Source of the DNA: an uncultured Alphaproteobacteria bacterium
Lineage (GTDB): Bacteria; Pseudomonadota; Alphaproteobacteria; Rhizobiales; Xanthobacteraceae
Reading direction: 5' to 3'
Length of the DNA: 64,000 bases
Assembly: GCA_963766925.1 (NCBI GenBank)
Contig: CAVYCI010000003.1
Location: 879-64,878 of the forward strand
The notes under the pieces were generated by a model. That model did not search any database. It was not told the DNA's origin and worked only from the letters and a program-made list of their open reading frames with translations. Positions 54,844 to 63,614 of this stretch are shown one piece after another. A program made the translations under genes and the position numbers. Every line of letters starts with the position of its first letter. Positions within the stretch are counted from its first letter, which is position 1.

Positions 54844-55003
54844 TCGTACGCGGGCCGCCGTTCTGGTCAGCCGGAACCGGGTGAGTTTCCGCGACAGAGC
54901 GCTTCATGAGCGGTCCCGATCTGGAAGAGCTTTTTTCAGATTTTGGAAATTATAGCAGTGTTTCGGAAAATGCCATCAAATAACGAAAGCTCGCCCCGCC
55001 CTG

Positions 55004-56762
55004 TCATTCGTCTCCGACCAGTTCTTTCCGCCGCCGTTCGAGCTCCGCCGCATAGCGGCGAAGCGCATAGGCTTCGGTCAGAAGCCCGATCACCCGGCGT
55101 TCATGAAAGGAATCGACCACCGCCAGCGCTTCCGCCTCGGCGCGATCGAACGCCAGCACTGCTTCCTTGATCGCCATGCCCGGCAGCAGAATGCTGTCGG
55201 TGTAGCGCAGGATGTCCTTGACCGACCTGTCCGGCGCGATTTCGGCGGCATGCGCGTCCGCGACCAGCACCATGCCGAGATAGTGCCCTCCGTCGTCAAC
55301 AGCGACCACCGAGGTTGTCGAACCGACCGGAACGATTTCGCGGAACGCAGCGATCGTCATCGTGGCGACGACAGTCTTTGTATCGCGGCGCATCATTCTC
55401 CCGACTGTGAGTTCGCGCATCCAGCCGACATCGGCAGCGCTGCGGATGGTTTCGCCGCGCAGATGGAAGCGCCACGTGGCGAACGAATAACCGAACCCTT
55501 CTCGCGTTACCTGCGAGGAAATAATCACGGCGATCAGCACCGCGGTGCTGAGCCAGAGGTCGCCCGAGGTTTCCAGCGCGATGAACGTCATGGTCAGCGG
55601 CCCGCCGATCACCGACGCCGAGAGCGCGCTCATGCCGATCACCGCGTAGGCGTTCGAATCGAACACGGTGTCGGGCCAGACCGCGGTCAGCGCCATCGCG
55701 ACCAGATTTCCGCCCAGCGCGCCGATCAGCAGCGAGGAAAAAAACATCCCGCCGCGAAAGCCCGAGCCGAGCGAGACGATCGACGCCACGATCTTGAGGA
55801 CGAAGAACACCGCGAGCGTCCACAGCGACAGCCGCAACATCCCCGACAGGTGCATGGCGCCGTGTCCGGACGACATCACCTGCGGCGCCTCGATCGCCAT
55901 CGAGTCCGACGACGAGCCCGCCGATCGCGGTTCGCATCGCCGGCCGGACCCGGACGAACAGCGCCTCGCATAACGCGACGCCCCGCATCAGCAGGATGCC
56001 GAGCAGCGCTGCCAGAAGACCGATGGTGGCGGCGATGACCAGATCGTGGGTCGCGATGTTGAACCGGTCGGGGCCGACGAGGCCGATTTCCTCCGGCGTC
56101 AGGACATGGGCGACCAGATAGCCGAGCAGGGCAGCGACCGCGACCGGCGCGAGGCTGCTCGGCGAGTAACCGCCGATGATCAGCTCGAACCCGTAGAACG
56201 CACCGGCGAGCGGCGCACCAAACGCACCGGCGATGCCGCCGGCGGCGCCGCAGCCAACCAGGATGCGCAGATCGGCGCGGCGCAGCCGGAATGCGAGACC
56301 AAGCCGGGATGCAATGCCGCCCGCGAGCTGGGTATAGCCGGCCTCCATTCCGACCGAAGCACCGACCCCGCTCGACCAGACGGTCTCCAGCGCGACGATC
56401 AGACTGCCGGCGAGCGACATGCGTCCGCCATGCAGCGCGTTCGCCTCGATCGGATCGATTTCGCGATCCGGCCGCCATCTCGCGATCAGTTCGCGGGCAA
56501 TGCCGAACAGGATACCGCCGGCAAGCGGCACGGAAATCGCGATGAACGGATCGAGATGCAGCAGGCCCGACAGCCGCACGCCGGGATCGAGGTGGAAAAG
56601 CACGCGATGCAGCAGGTCGACGCCTGCCCCCATCACCGCCACCACGACGCCGGCAGCGGCGCCGACGAGGGCTGCGAGCACGATCAGGCTTAATTCGCGC
56701 GCCCGCACGAAGGCGCGCAGCCGTCGCGGGATCTCGAGCTGGCTGGTCAATCTGTCGATCAA
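55004..56762 (-). pseudogene. ClC-family voltage-gated chloride channel with a C-terminal CBS pair, +1 frameshift near 55895-55905
   Basis: The N-terminal frame has ...GVGASVGMEAGYTQLAG...GAFGAPLAGAFYGFE...AIGGLVVGL. The next frame continues MAIEAPQVMSSGHGAM...GSGFRGGMFFSSLLIGA... plus CBS domains. 1759 nt = 3n+1. Confidence 0.8.
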
Positions 56763-56862
56763 ACCCGATCACCTGGCCTTTTGGCGGGACACCCATACAT
56801 GGAACTGTGCCGGGTGCGGCCTGTTCACGTACCGGACCGGCCGGCCCTTTCAGGAGCGCGCC

Positions 56863-58221
56863 ATGTCTTATTCCCTCCCGACCGCAGCTGCCACCGTTGC
56901 CGTCTGCGCTTTTGTGGCGGCCATGCCGCTTGCCGCCGAAACCGGCCCCGCACCGCTGCAGGGCAAGGCAGCGTTCGGCGACTGGCGCAGCGATAATCCC
57001 GGCGTGCGGCGTCTCATCAAGCCGCAGGACCTGCCCGCTCCGGATCCGGGCAGCGCCGTGAGGAATACAGTCACAAAAGTCCATCGCACCGAGGCTCAGA
57101 AGCCCGTGGTGCCGAAAGGCTTCGAGGTCCGCCTGTTTGCGTCGGGTCTTTCGGGTCCGCGGCTCATTCGCACGGCGCCGAACGGCGATATCTTCGTCGC
57201 CGAAAGCGAGGCAGGACGCGTCAGCATTCTGCGCCCTGAGGGCGGGCAGGCGCCGGCGGCCCATGCGTTCGCCACAGGGCTCCTCAATCCGTTCGGCATT
57301 GCGTTTTATCCGCCGGGACCCGACCCGGAATGGGTCTATGTCGGCAACACCGATTCCGTGGTGCGGTTTCCGTACCGCAACGGCGATCTGCAGGCCCGCG
57401 GGCCGGCCGAGACGGTCGTGCCGCATCTGCCGGTCGGCGGCCATCGAACGCGGGATGTCGTGTTCTCGCCGGACGGGCAGACAATGTTTGTCTCGGTCGG
57501 CTCCGGCTCGAATGTCGCGGAGTCGATGGCAAAGCAAAACGCTGCCGAACTGAAAGAATGGGCATCCGGCCATCCGGCGGGGGCGACCTGGGGAAACGAG
57601 ACCGACCGCGCCGACGTGCTTGCGTTCGATCCGCAGGGCAACAATCGCCACCCGTTCGCGACCGGGATCCGCAATTGCGTCGGCATGGCGATCGACCCCT
57701 CCGGCACGCTGTGGTGCTCGACCAACGAACGCGACGGGCTCGGTGACGACGTGCCGCCCGATTACATCACGCGGGTCCGCGAGGGCGCATTCTATGGCTG
57801 GCCCTGGTATTATATCGGCGCCAACGAAGATCCCCGGCACAGGGGAGAGCGGCCTGATCTCAAAGACGGGATCACCGTTCCGGACGTACTGATCCAGGCG
57901 CATTCGGCGTCGCTCGAGATGACGTTCTACGAGGCCTCTCAGTTTCCGGCGCAATACCGTGGGGACATATTCGCGGCCGAACACGGATCGTGGAATCGCG
58001 GCAGGCGCACCGGCTACAAGGTCATCCGCGTCATCCTCAAAGACGGCGTGCCGACGGGCGAGTATGAGGATTTTGTCACCGGCTTCGTCATCAACGACTT
58101 TCAGGTCTGGGGCCGCCCGGTCGGCGTCGCTGTAGACCGTGACGGCGCCCTGCTGGTCTCGGAGGATGCGAGCGGCACGATCTGGCGCGTGACGTACGCT
58201 GGCCACGCCGCGGAGCGTTGA
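56863..58221 (+). CDS. PQQ-dependent sugar (glucose/sorbosone) dehydrogenase, soluble beta-propeller type
   Basis: AGGAG RBS and a signal peptide (AVCAFVAAMPLAAE). Motifs PNGDIFVAE, GNTDSVVRFPY, HRTRDVVFSPDG, FATGIRNCVGMAIDP, NERDGLGDDVPPDY, FYGWPWYY. The ORF track's 5' extension overlaps the ClC gene. Confidence 0.8.
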   Translation: MSYSLPTAAATVAVCAFVAAMPLAAETGPAPLQGKAAFGDWRSDNPGVRRLIKPQDLPAPDPGSAVRNTVTKVHRTEAQKPVVPKGFEVRLFASGLSGPRLIRTAPNGDIFVAESEAGRVSILRPEGGQAPAAHAFATGLLNPFGIAFYPPGPDPEWVYVGNTDSVVRFPYRNGDLQARGPAETVVPHLPVGGHRTRDVVFSPDGQTMFVSVGSGSNVAESMAKQNAAELKEWASGHPAGATWGNETDRADVLAFDPQGNNRHPFATGIRNCVGMAIDPSGTLWCSTNERDGLGDDVPPDYITRVREGAFYGWPWYYIGANEDPRHRGERPDLKDGITVPDVLIQAHSASLEMTFYEASQFPAQYRGDIFAAEHGSWNRGRRTGYKVIRVILKDGVPTGEYEDFVTGFVINDFQVWGRPVGVAVDRDGALLVSEDASGTIWRVTYAGHAAER

Positions 58222-58231
58222 GGCCAACCCG

Positions 58232-59728
58232 GTGAGTGAAGCGGGGGACAGGGCTCAGGCGAGCGCACCCCCGCCACGGCGCGAGGCCGAAGGTTCCGCG
58301 GCCACCGGCATTGTCGAGACCGATATCCCCGCCCGGCTCGATGCCCTGCCGTTCGGGCGTTTTCATCTCCTCGTGATCGTTGCGCTCGGTATCACCTGGA
58401 TTCTCGACGGTCTTGAAGTCACGCTGGCCGGCTCGCTCTCGGGCGAGCTGGAGCAAAGCTCGGGCCTCGGCATGAGCGCGGCGATGATCGGGGCCGCCGG
58501 GAGCGCCTACCTGAGCGGCGCGGTCATCGGCGCGTTCGGGTTCGGCTGGCTGACCGACCGGCTCGGACGGAAGAAACTGTTTTTCATCACGCTTGCCGTC
58601 TATCTCGCCGCCACCGCCGCGACCGGGCTGTCCTGGAATGCCTGGAGCTTCGTGTTCTTCCGCTTTCTGACCGGCGCGGGGATCGGCGGCGAGTACACCG
58701 CGATCAATTCGACCATTCAGGAGATCATCCCGGCGCGCTTTCGCGGCTTTACCGATCTCCTCATCAACGGCAGCTTCTGGATCGGGGCCGCGATGGGCGC
58801 GGGCGGCTCGATCGTGCTGCTCAACCCGGACTTTATCGACCCGGCGCTCGGCTGGCGGCTCGCCTTCCTGATCGGGACCGCGATCGGGCTTGTCATTCTG
58901 GCGCTGCGGCGCCGGGTGCCCGAAAGCCCGCGCTGGCTGATGACGCACGGCTTCATCGCCGAAGCGGACCAAATCGTCACCGCCATCGAAGCCCGCGCCG
59001 GCGGCGCCGCTTCGGCCGAAGCTCCCGGGCACCGGAAGGTCCGGCTGCGGGTGCGCGATCACACGCCGCTCGGGGAAGTCCTGCGCGTCCTGATCCACAC
59101 TTACCGTTCGCGGACGCTGGTATGCCTGACGCTGATGGCGGCGCAGGCGTTCTTCTACAACGCGATCTTCTTCACCTATGCGCTGGTCCTGACCGGCTTC
59201 TACCGGACGCCGCCCGGCGACGTCGGCTGGTACATCCTGCCGTTCGCCGCGGGCAACGTGCTCGGACCGGTGCTGCTCGGCCGGCTGTTCGACACCATCG
59301 GCCGCCGGCCGATGATCGCGGCGACATACGGTGCGTCGGGCGTCCTGCTCGCCGCCACGGCGTACCTGTTCAGTGAGGATCTGCTGTCGGCCGCGACGCT
59401 GACCGCCGCATGGATGATCGTATTCTTCTTCGCCTCGGCGGCGGCAAGCTCGGCCTATCTGACAGCCAGCGAGCTGTTTCCGCTCGAGATGCGCGCGCTC
59501 GCGATCGCGTTCTTCTACGCCGTCGGCACGGGAATCGGCGGCGTGGCAGGCCCTCTTCTGCTCGGCGCGCTGATCGGCACGGGCTCGCGCGCCAACGTTG
59601 CCATCGGCTGGTTCGCCGCTGCGGCGTTGATGATCGCGGCGGCCGCTGTCGAGGCGCGCTGGGGCGTAGCCGCCGAGCGCAAACCGCTCGAGGACGTCAG
59701 CCGGCCGCTGTCGTTTGCCGATTCCTGA
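58232..59728 (+). CDS. MFS transporter (sugar-porter/metabolite:H+ symporter-like)
   Basis: 12 TM helices. Motif A is GWLTDRLGRKKLF. There is an Ala/Gly-rich second half with PLEMRALAIAFFYAVG. Confidence 0.8.
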   Translation: MSEAGDRAQASAPPPRREAEGSAATGIVETDIPARLDALPFGRFHLLVIVALGITWILDGLEVTLAGSLSGELEQSSGLGMSAAMIGAAGSAYLSGAVIGAFGFGWLTDRLGRKKLFFITLAVYLAATAATGLSWNAWSFVFFRFLTGAGIGGEYTAINSTIQEIIPARFRGFTDLLINGSFWIGAAMGAGGSIVLLNPDFIDPALGWRLAFLIGTAIGLVILALRRRVPESPRWLMTHGFIAEADQIVTAIEARAGGAASAEAPGHRKVRLRVRDHTPLGEVLRVLIHTYRSRTLVCLTLMAAQAFFYNAIFFTYALVLTGFYRTPPGDVGWYILPFAAGNVLGPVLLGRLFDTIGRRPMIAATYGASGVLLAATAYLFSEDLLSAATLTAAWMIVFFFASAAASSAYLTASELFPLEMRALAIAFFYAVGTGIGGVAGPLLLGALIGTGSRANVAIGWFAAAALMIAAAAVEARWGVAAERKPLEDVSRPLSFADS

Positions 59729-59812
59729 TCGGCATTTTTGTTCCGCGGAAAGTCGCGCGTGACCATTTCTTAAGACGCTCCCGAAAAAAACTGGCGCGCG
59801 CGCAAAAAACTC

Positions 59813-59841
59813 TTGCATCGGTTGTTCAAGGGGCCTATTTG
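59813..59841 (+). promoter_or_regulatory. Sigma-70-type promoter candidate for the polyamine operon leader
   Basis: TTGCAT (59813-59818), a 17-nt spacer, then TATTTG (59836-59841). It lies about 440 nt upstream of the ODC start. Confidence 0.3.
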
Positions 59842-59849
59842 CCGATTGC

Positions 59850-60262
59850 CCAATTTCGCACGTGCCTGTGGCCGCGTGCCGGTTGGTGGGCATCCGGACA
59901 AGAGGCCGGACAGCCGCCCGGAGCAAACGCCGAAGACTTTCGGTCGTCTGACTTCGAACCACTTAACCGGCAGCCGGAGGCGAAACCGGCGCACCCCGCG
60001 CTCAACGGGGGACGTGGCTTAAAGCAACGACGGAGCGGGCTTCTCTGGTCTCGTTGACCCTCCAAAGGTCGACACCGCAGAGGCTTGTCCATCCTTGCCG
60101 GCCGTGCGGAACGGGTCATCCCGCTCCAAGCCAAGGCAGCATCTCGGGTGCAGAGCCCGCCGTCTTTGTCCGTGTCTCCACCGCACGGCCTGGGCTGCGA
60201 CCCTCACCCGCTGACGCCGGGCGTTCCTTGAACGCCTGAACTTCAACCGGGCCGCGAGGCCT
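59850..60262 (+). ncRNA. Long structured 5' leader of the ornithine decarboxylase gene, candidate alphaproteobacterial speF-type RNA element
   Basis: No protein-like ORF across ~530 nt of intergenic DNA. Many local stems are present (CCCCGcgctcaaCGGGG; CGGGtcatCCCG; GGCGTTCcttGAACGCC; GGCCgcgaGGCC followed by TTTTT just before the RBS). The position upstream of ODC matches where the speF element was described. I did not align the sequence to the covariance model. Confidence 0.4.
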
Positions 60263-60288
60263 TTTTGGACCTTGTGAGGAGAGCGCCA

Positions 60289-61428
60289 ATGACCGCGCGC
60301 ATCCGCGATTTTCTACGCAATCGCCACGAAACCCATCGCGATGACGGGCCCTGCCTCGTCGTCGATCTCGAGGTCGTCCGCGAGAACTATCTCGGCTTCG
60401 CCAAAGCGCTGCCCGACACGCGCGTGTTCTACGCCGTGAAGGCCAACCCGGCGCCCGAGGTGCTCTCGCTGCTCGCCGGGCTCGGTTCCTGCTTCGACAC
60501 CGCTTCGGTCCCCGAGATCGAAATGGTGCTCGCTGCCGGCGCCACCGCGGACCGCATCTCGTATGGCAACACGATCAAGAAGGAGCGGGACATCGCGCGC
60601 GCCTTTGCGCTCGGGGTCCGCCTGTACGCGGTCGATTGCCCGGCCGAGGTCGAGAAAGTCGCGCGTGCAGCGCCGGGAAGCCGGGTGTTCTGCCGCATCC
60701 TCTCCGACTGCGTCGGGGCGGAATGGCCGCTGTCGCGCAAATTCGGCTGCGAGCCGGCGATGGCCGTCGACGTCCTCGATCATGCCCGCCGGCTCGGTCT
60801 GGAGCCCTACGGCATCTCGTTCCACGTCGGCTCCCAGCAGCGCAACCCGCATGCCTGGGACCGTGCGCTGGCGTCCGCGGCCGCAGTGTTCCGTGAGTGC
60901 GGCGACCGCGGCATGACGCTGACGATGGTCAACCTCGGCGGCGGCTTTCCGACCCGGTACCTCAAGAACGTGCCTGCGGTGAAAACCTACGGCGCGGCGA
61001 TCTTCCGGGCCCTGCGGCGCCACTTCGGCAACCGCATCCCGGAGACCATCGTCGAGCCCGGCCGCGGCATGGTCGGCAACGCCGGCGTGATCGAGGCCGA
61101 GGTGGTTCTGGTCTCGAAGAAGAGCGAGAACGACGACGTGCGGTGGGTCTATCTCGACATCGGCAAATTCGGCGGTCTGGCCGAAACGATGGACGAGTCG
61201 ATCCGCTATCAGATCCGCACGCCGCGTGACGGCGAACTCGGCCCCTGCGTGCTTGCGGGACCGACCTGCGACTCGGCGGACGTGATGTACGAGAAGGTAC
61301 CGTACCAGCTGCCGGTAAGCCTCGAGATCGGCGACAGAGTGCTGATCGAAGGAACCGGCGCCTATACGGCCACCTACTCGGCTGTCGCCTTCAACGGCTT
61401 CGCGCCGCTGCAGACGTTTCACATCTAG
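60289..61428 (+). CDS. odc: Ornithine (lysine/ornithine) decarboxylase, alanine-racemase-fold type III PLP enzyme
   Basis: GAGGAG RBS. Motifs RVFYAVKANP (PLP Lys), ISFHVGSQ, NLGGGFP, EPGRGMVG, GPTCDSAD. Confidence 0.85.
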   Translation: MTARIRDFLRNRHETHRDDGPCLVVDLEVVRENYLGFAKALPDTRVFYAVKANPAPEVLSLLAGLGSCFDTASVPEIEMVLAAGATADRISYGNTIKKERDIARAFALGVRLYAVDCPAEVEKVARAAPGSRVFCRILSDCVGAEWPLSRKFGCEPAMAVDVLDHARRLGLEPYGISFHVGSQQRNPHAWDRALASAAAVFRECGDRGMTLTMVNLGGGFPTRYLKNVPAVKTYGAAIFRALRRHFGNRIPETIVEPGRGMVGNAGVIEAEVVLVSKKSENDDVRWVYLDIGKFGGLAETMDESIRYQIRTPRDGELGPCVLAGPTCDSADVMYEKVPYQLPVSLEIGDRVLIEGTGAYTATYSAVAFNGFAPLQTFHI

Positions 61429-61527
61429 CGCTCCGCCCTGAATTCGCCGGGAGCCGGCATGGCCGGCTCCCCTCCATCACACCTTCTGACCAGCCGCGCC
61501 CTGAACCGGCGCTGGAAGGAGTGCGTC

Positions 61528-62094
61528 ATGATGACGATCCGGAACGAAAACCATTGCGACGTCGAGGCGCGCGAGGATCTGCTCGATCGCGTCTGGGGCG
61601 GTTCGCGCTTTGAAAAGACCGCCGAGCGGCTGCGGGAAGGCCGCAGCCCGGCCGCCGGGCTTTCACTGGTCGCGGAACTTGACGGCAGCCTCGCCGGGAC
61701 CGTCCGGCTCTGGCACGTCAGCGCCGGGCCGGGCGTCCCTGCCCTGCTGCTCGGCCCGCTCGCGGTCGAGGAAGCGCACCGGAGCCACGGAATCGGGGCC
61801 GCCCTGATGCGGCGCGCGATCGCTTCTGCGCGCCGGCGCGGACACCGCTCGATCCTTCTGGTCGGCGATGCTTCGTATTACGCGCGGTTCGGCTTCTCGA
61901 CCGGCAAGACCGGCGGGCTGTGGCTGCCCGGCCCCTGCGAGCGCCATCGCCTGCTCGGCCTCGAACTTGTCGAGGGCGGGCTTGACGGCGCCCGCGGCCT
62001 CGTCAGCGCGTCCGGCCGCAAGGCGCCGAAGCGCTTCGACGTACCGGCCGCAGGCCTCGTGCACGCCGGCGCGACAGCGCTGCGCGCAGCGTAA
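61528..62094 (+). CDS. GNAT-family N-acetyltransferase
   Basis: GGAAGGAG RBS. Acetyl-CoA motif A is VEEAHRSHGIGAALMRRAI. ...LLVGDASYYARFGF. Confidence 0.75.
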   Translation: MMTIRNENHCDVEAREDLLDRVWGGSRFEKTAERLREGRSPAAGLSLVAELDGSLAGTVRLWHVSAGPGVPALLLGPLAVEEAHRSHGIGAALMRRAIASARRRGHRSILLVGDASYYARFGFSTGKTGGLWLPGPCERHRLLGLELVEGGLDGARGLVSASGRKAPKRFDVPAAGLVHAGATALRAA

Positions 62095-62126
62095 ATGTCT
62101 TTCGAATCCCGAAAGGAAGGGCGAAA

Positions 62127-63578
62127 ATGAACGCGATGATCAAAGCCACCACCGCCTGGCCCCTGCATGCGGTCGTCGACGGTCCTATCGTCATGATCGG
62201 ATTCGGCTCCATCGGCAGGGGAACGTTGCCCCTGCTGGAGCGGCACATCGGGTTCGATCGCGAAAAGTTCGTGGTGATCGCGCCGGATGCGAAGGATCGG
62301 CGGCTGCTCGACGACCGCCGGCTTCGCTTCGTACACAAGGCGATAACGAACGAGAACTACCGGGAGATCCTGACCCCGCTGCTCACCGGCGGCCGGGGGC
62401 GCGGGATGATCGTGAATTTGTCGGTCGATACGTCGTCGGTCGATCTGATCGCGTTCGCGAAAGACATCGGCGTTTTCTATATCGATACGGTGATCGAGCC
62501 GTGGCCGGGATTTTACACCGACGGCAAGCTGTCGATCCCCGAGCGCTCGAACTACGCGCTCCGCGAGGGCCTGCTCGACCTGCGGCGCAGGCGTCCCGGC
62601 GGCATCACCGGCGTGAGCTGCTGCGGCGCCAATCCCGGCATGGTGTCGTGGTTCGTCAAGCAGGCGCTGCTCGACGTCGCCACCGACCTCGGGCTGAGCT
62701 TCGACGAGCCGAAAACCCGCGAGGAGTGGGCGCGGCTGATGCAGCGGGCCGGCGTCAAGGGGATCCACATCGCCGAACGCGACACCCAGCGCGCGCGCAA
62801 ACCCAGGCAGCGCGGCATGTTCGTCAACACGTGGTCGGTGGAGGGTTTCTGCGCCGAGGGCCTGCAGCCGGCCGAGCTCGGCTGGGGTACGCATGAGAAA
62901 ATCATGCCGCCCAACGCGCGCCGCCACAATTTCGGCTGCGATGCCGCGGTCTACCTCACGCAGCCCGGTGCCGCCACCCGCGTTCGCTCGTGGACGCCGA
63001 CGGCGCGGTCGCAGCACGCCTTTTTGATCACGCATAACGAGGCGATCTCGATCGCGGACTTTTTCACGCTTCGCGAAGACGGCGGAGTGGTTTACCGCCC
63101 GACCTGTCACTACGCCTACCACCCGTGCGACGACGCGATGCTGTCGCTCGACGAGTGGGCCGGCCACGGCTGGGAGCCGCAGCCGAACTGGATGATCCTC
63201 GACGAGAACGAAATCGTCGATGGCGCCGACGAACTTGGCGTGCTGCTCTACGGCCACGCCAAAAACGCCTACTGGTACGGCTCCCAGCTCTCCATCGAGG
63301 AGACGCGGAAACTCGCGCCGTACCAGAACGCGACCGGAATGCAGGTCACGTCGGCGGTGCTGGCGGGCATTGTGTGGATGCTGGAGAATCCCGACCGCGG
63401 CATCGTCGAGGCCGACGAGATGGACTTCCGGCGCTGCCTTGAAATCCAGCGGCCCTATCTCGGGCCGATGATCGGGCGCTACACCGACTGGACGCCGGCC
63501 GACAACCGCGGCGGCCTGTTTCCGGAAAGCGTGGATCGCGAAGATCCCTGGCAGTTCAGCAACGTGCTGGTGCGATAA
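62127..63578 (+). CDS. hss: Homospermidine synthase (bacterial, saccharopine dehydrogenase-like fold)
   Basis: 483 aa. GPIVMIGFGSIGRGTLPLLERH, VNLSVDTSSVDLI, YIDTVIEPWPGFY, CCGANPGMVSWFVKQAL. Confidence 0.9.
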   Translation: MNAMIKATTAWPLHAVVDGPIVMIGFGSIGRGTLPLLERHIGFDREKFVVIAPDAKDRRLLDDRRLRFVHKAITNENYREILTPLLTGGRGRGMIVNLSVDTSSVDLIAFAKDIGVFYIDTVIEPWPGFYTDGKLSIPERSNYALREGLLDLRRRRPGGITGVSCCGANPGMVSWFVKQALLDVATDLGLSFDEPKTREEWARLMQRAGVKGIHIAERDTQRARKPRQRGMFVNTWSVEGFCAEGLQPAELGWGTHEKIMPPNARRHNFGCDAAVYLTQPGAATRVRSWTPTARSQHAFLITHNEAISIADFFTLREDGGVVYRPTCHYAYHPCDDAMLSLDEWAGHGWEPQPNWMILDENEIVDGADELGVLLYGHAKNAYWYGSQLSIEETRKLAPYQNATGMQVTSAVLAGIVWMLENPDRGIVEADEMDFRRCLEIQRPYLGPMIGRYTDWTPADNRGGLFPESVDREDPWQFSNVLVR

Positions 63579-63584
63579 ACGAAA

Positions 63585-63614
63585 GGGGCTGGCGCCGTGT
63601 TCGGGCGCCGGCCC
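63585..63614. terminator. Hairpin between the convergent hss and TMEM175-like genes (possible bidirectional terminator)
   Basis: GGGCTGGCGCC gtgttcg GGCGCCGGCCC (11 bp with one G-U pair). TTTCGTTTAT follows on the minus strand; there is no T-run on the plus strand. Confidence 0.35.
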
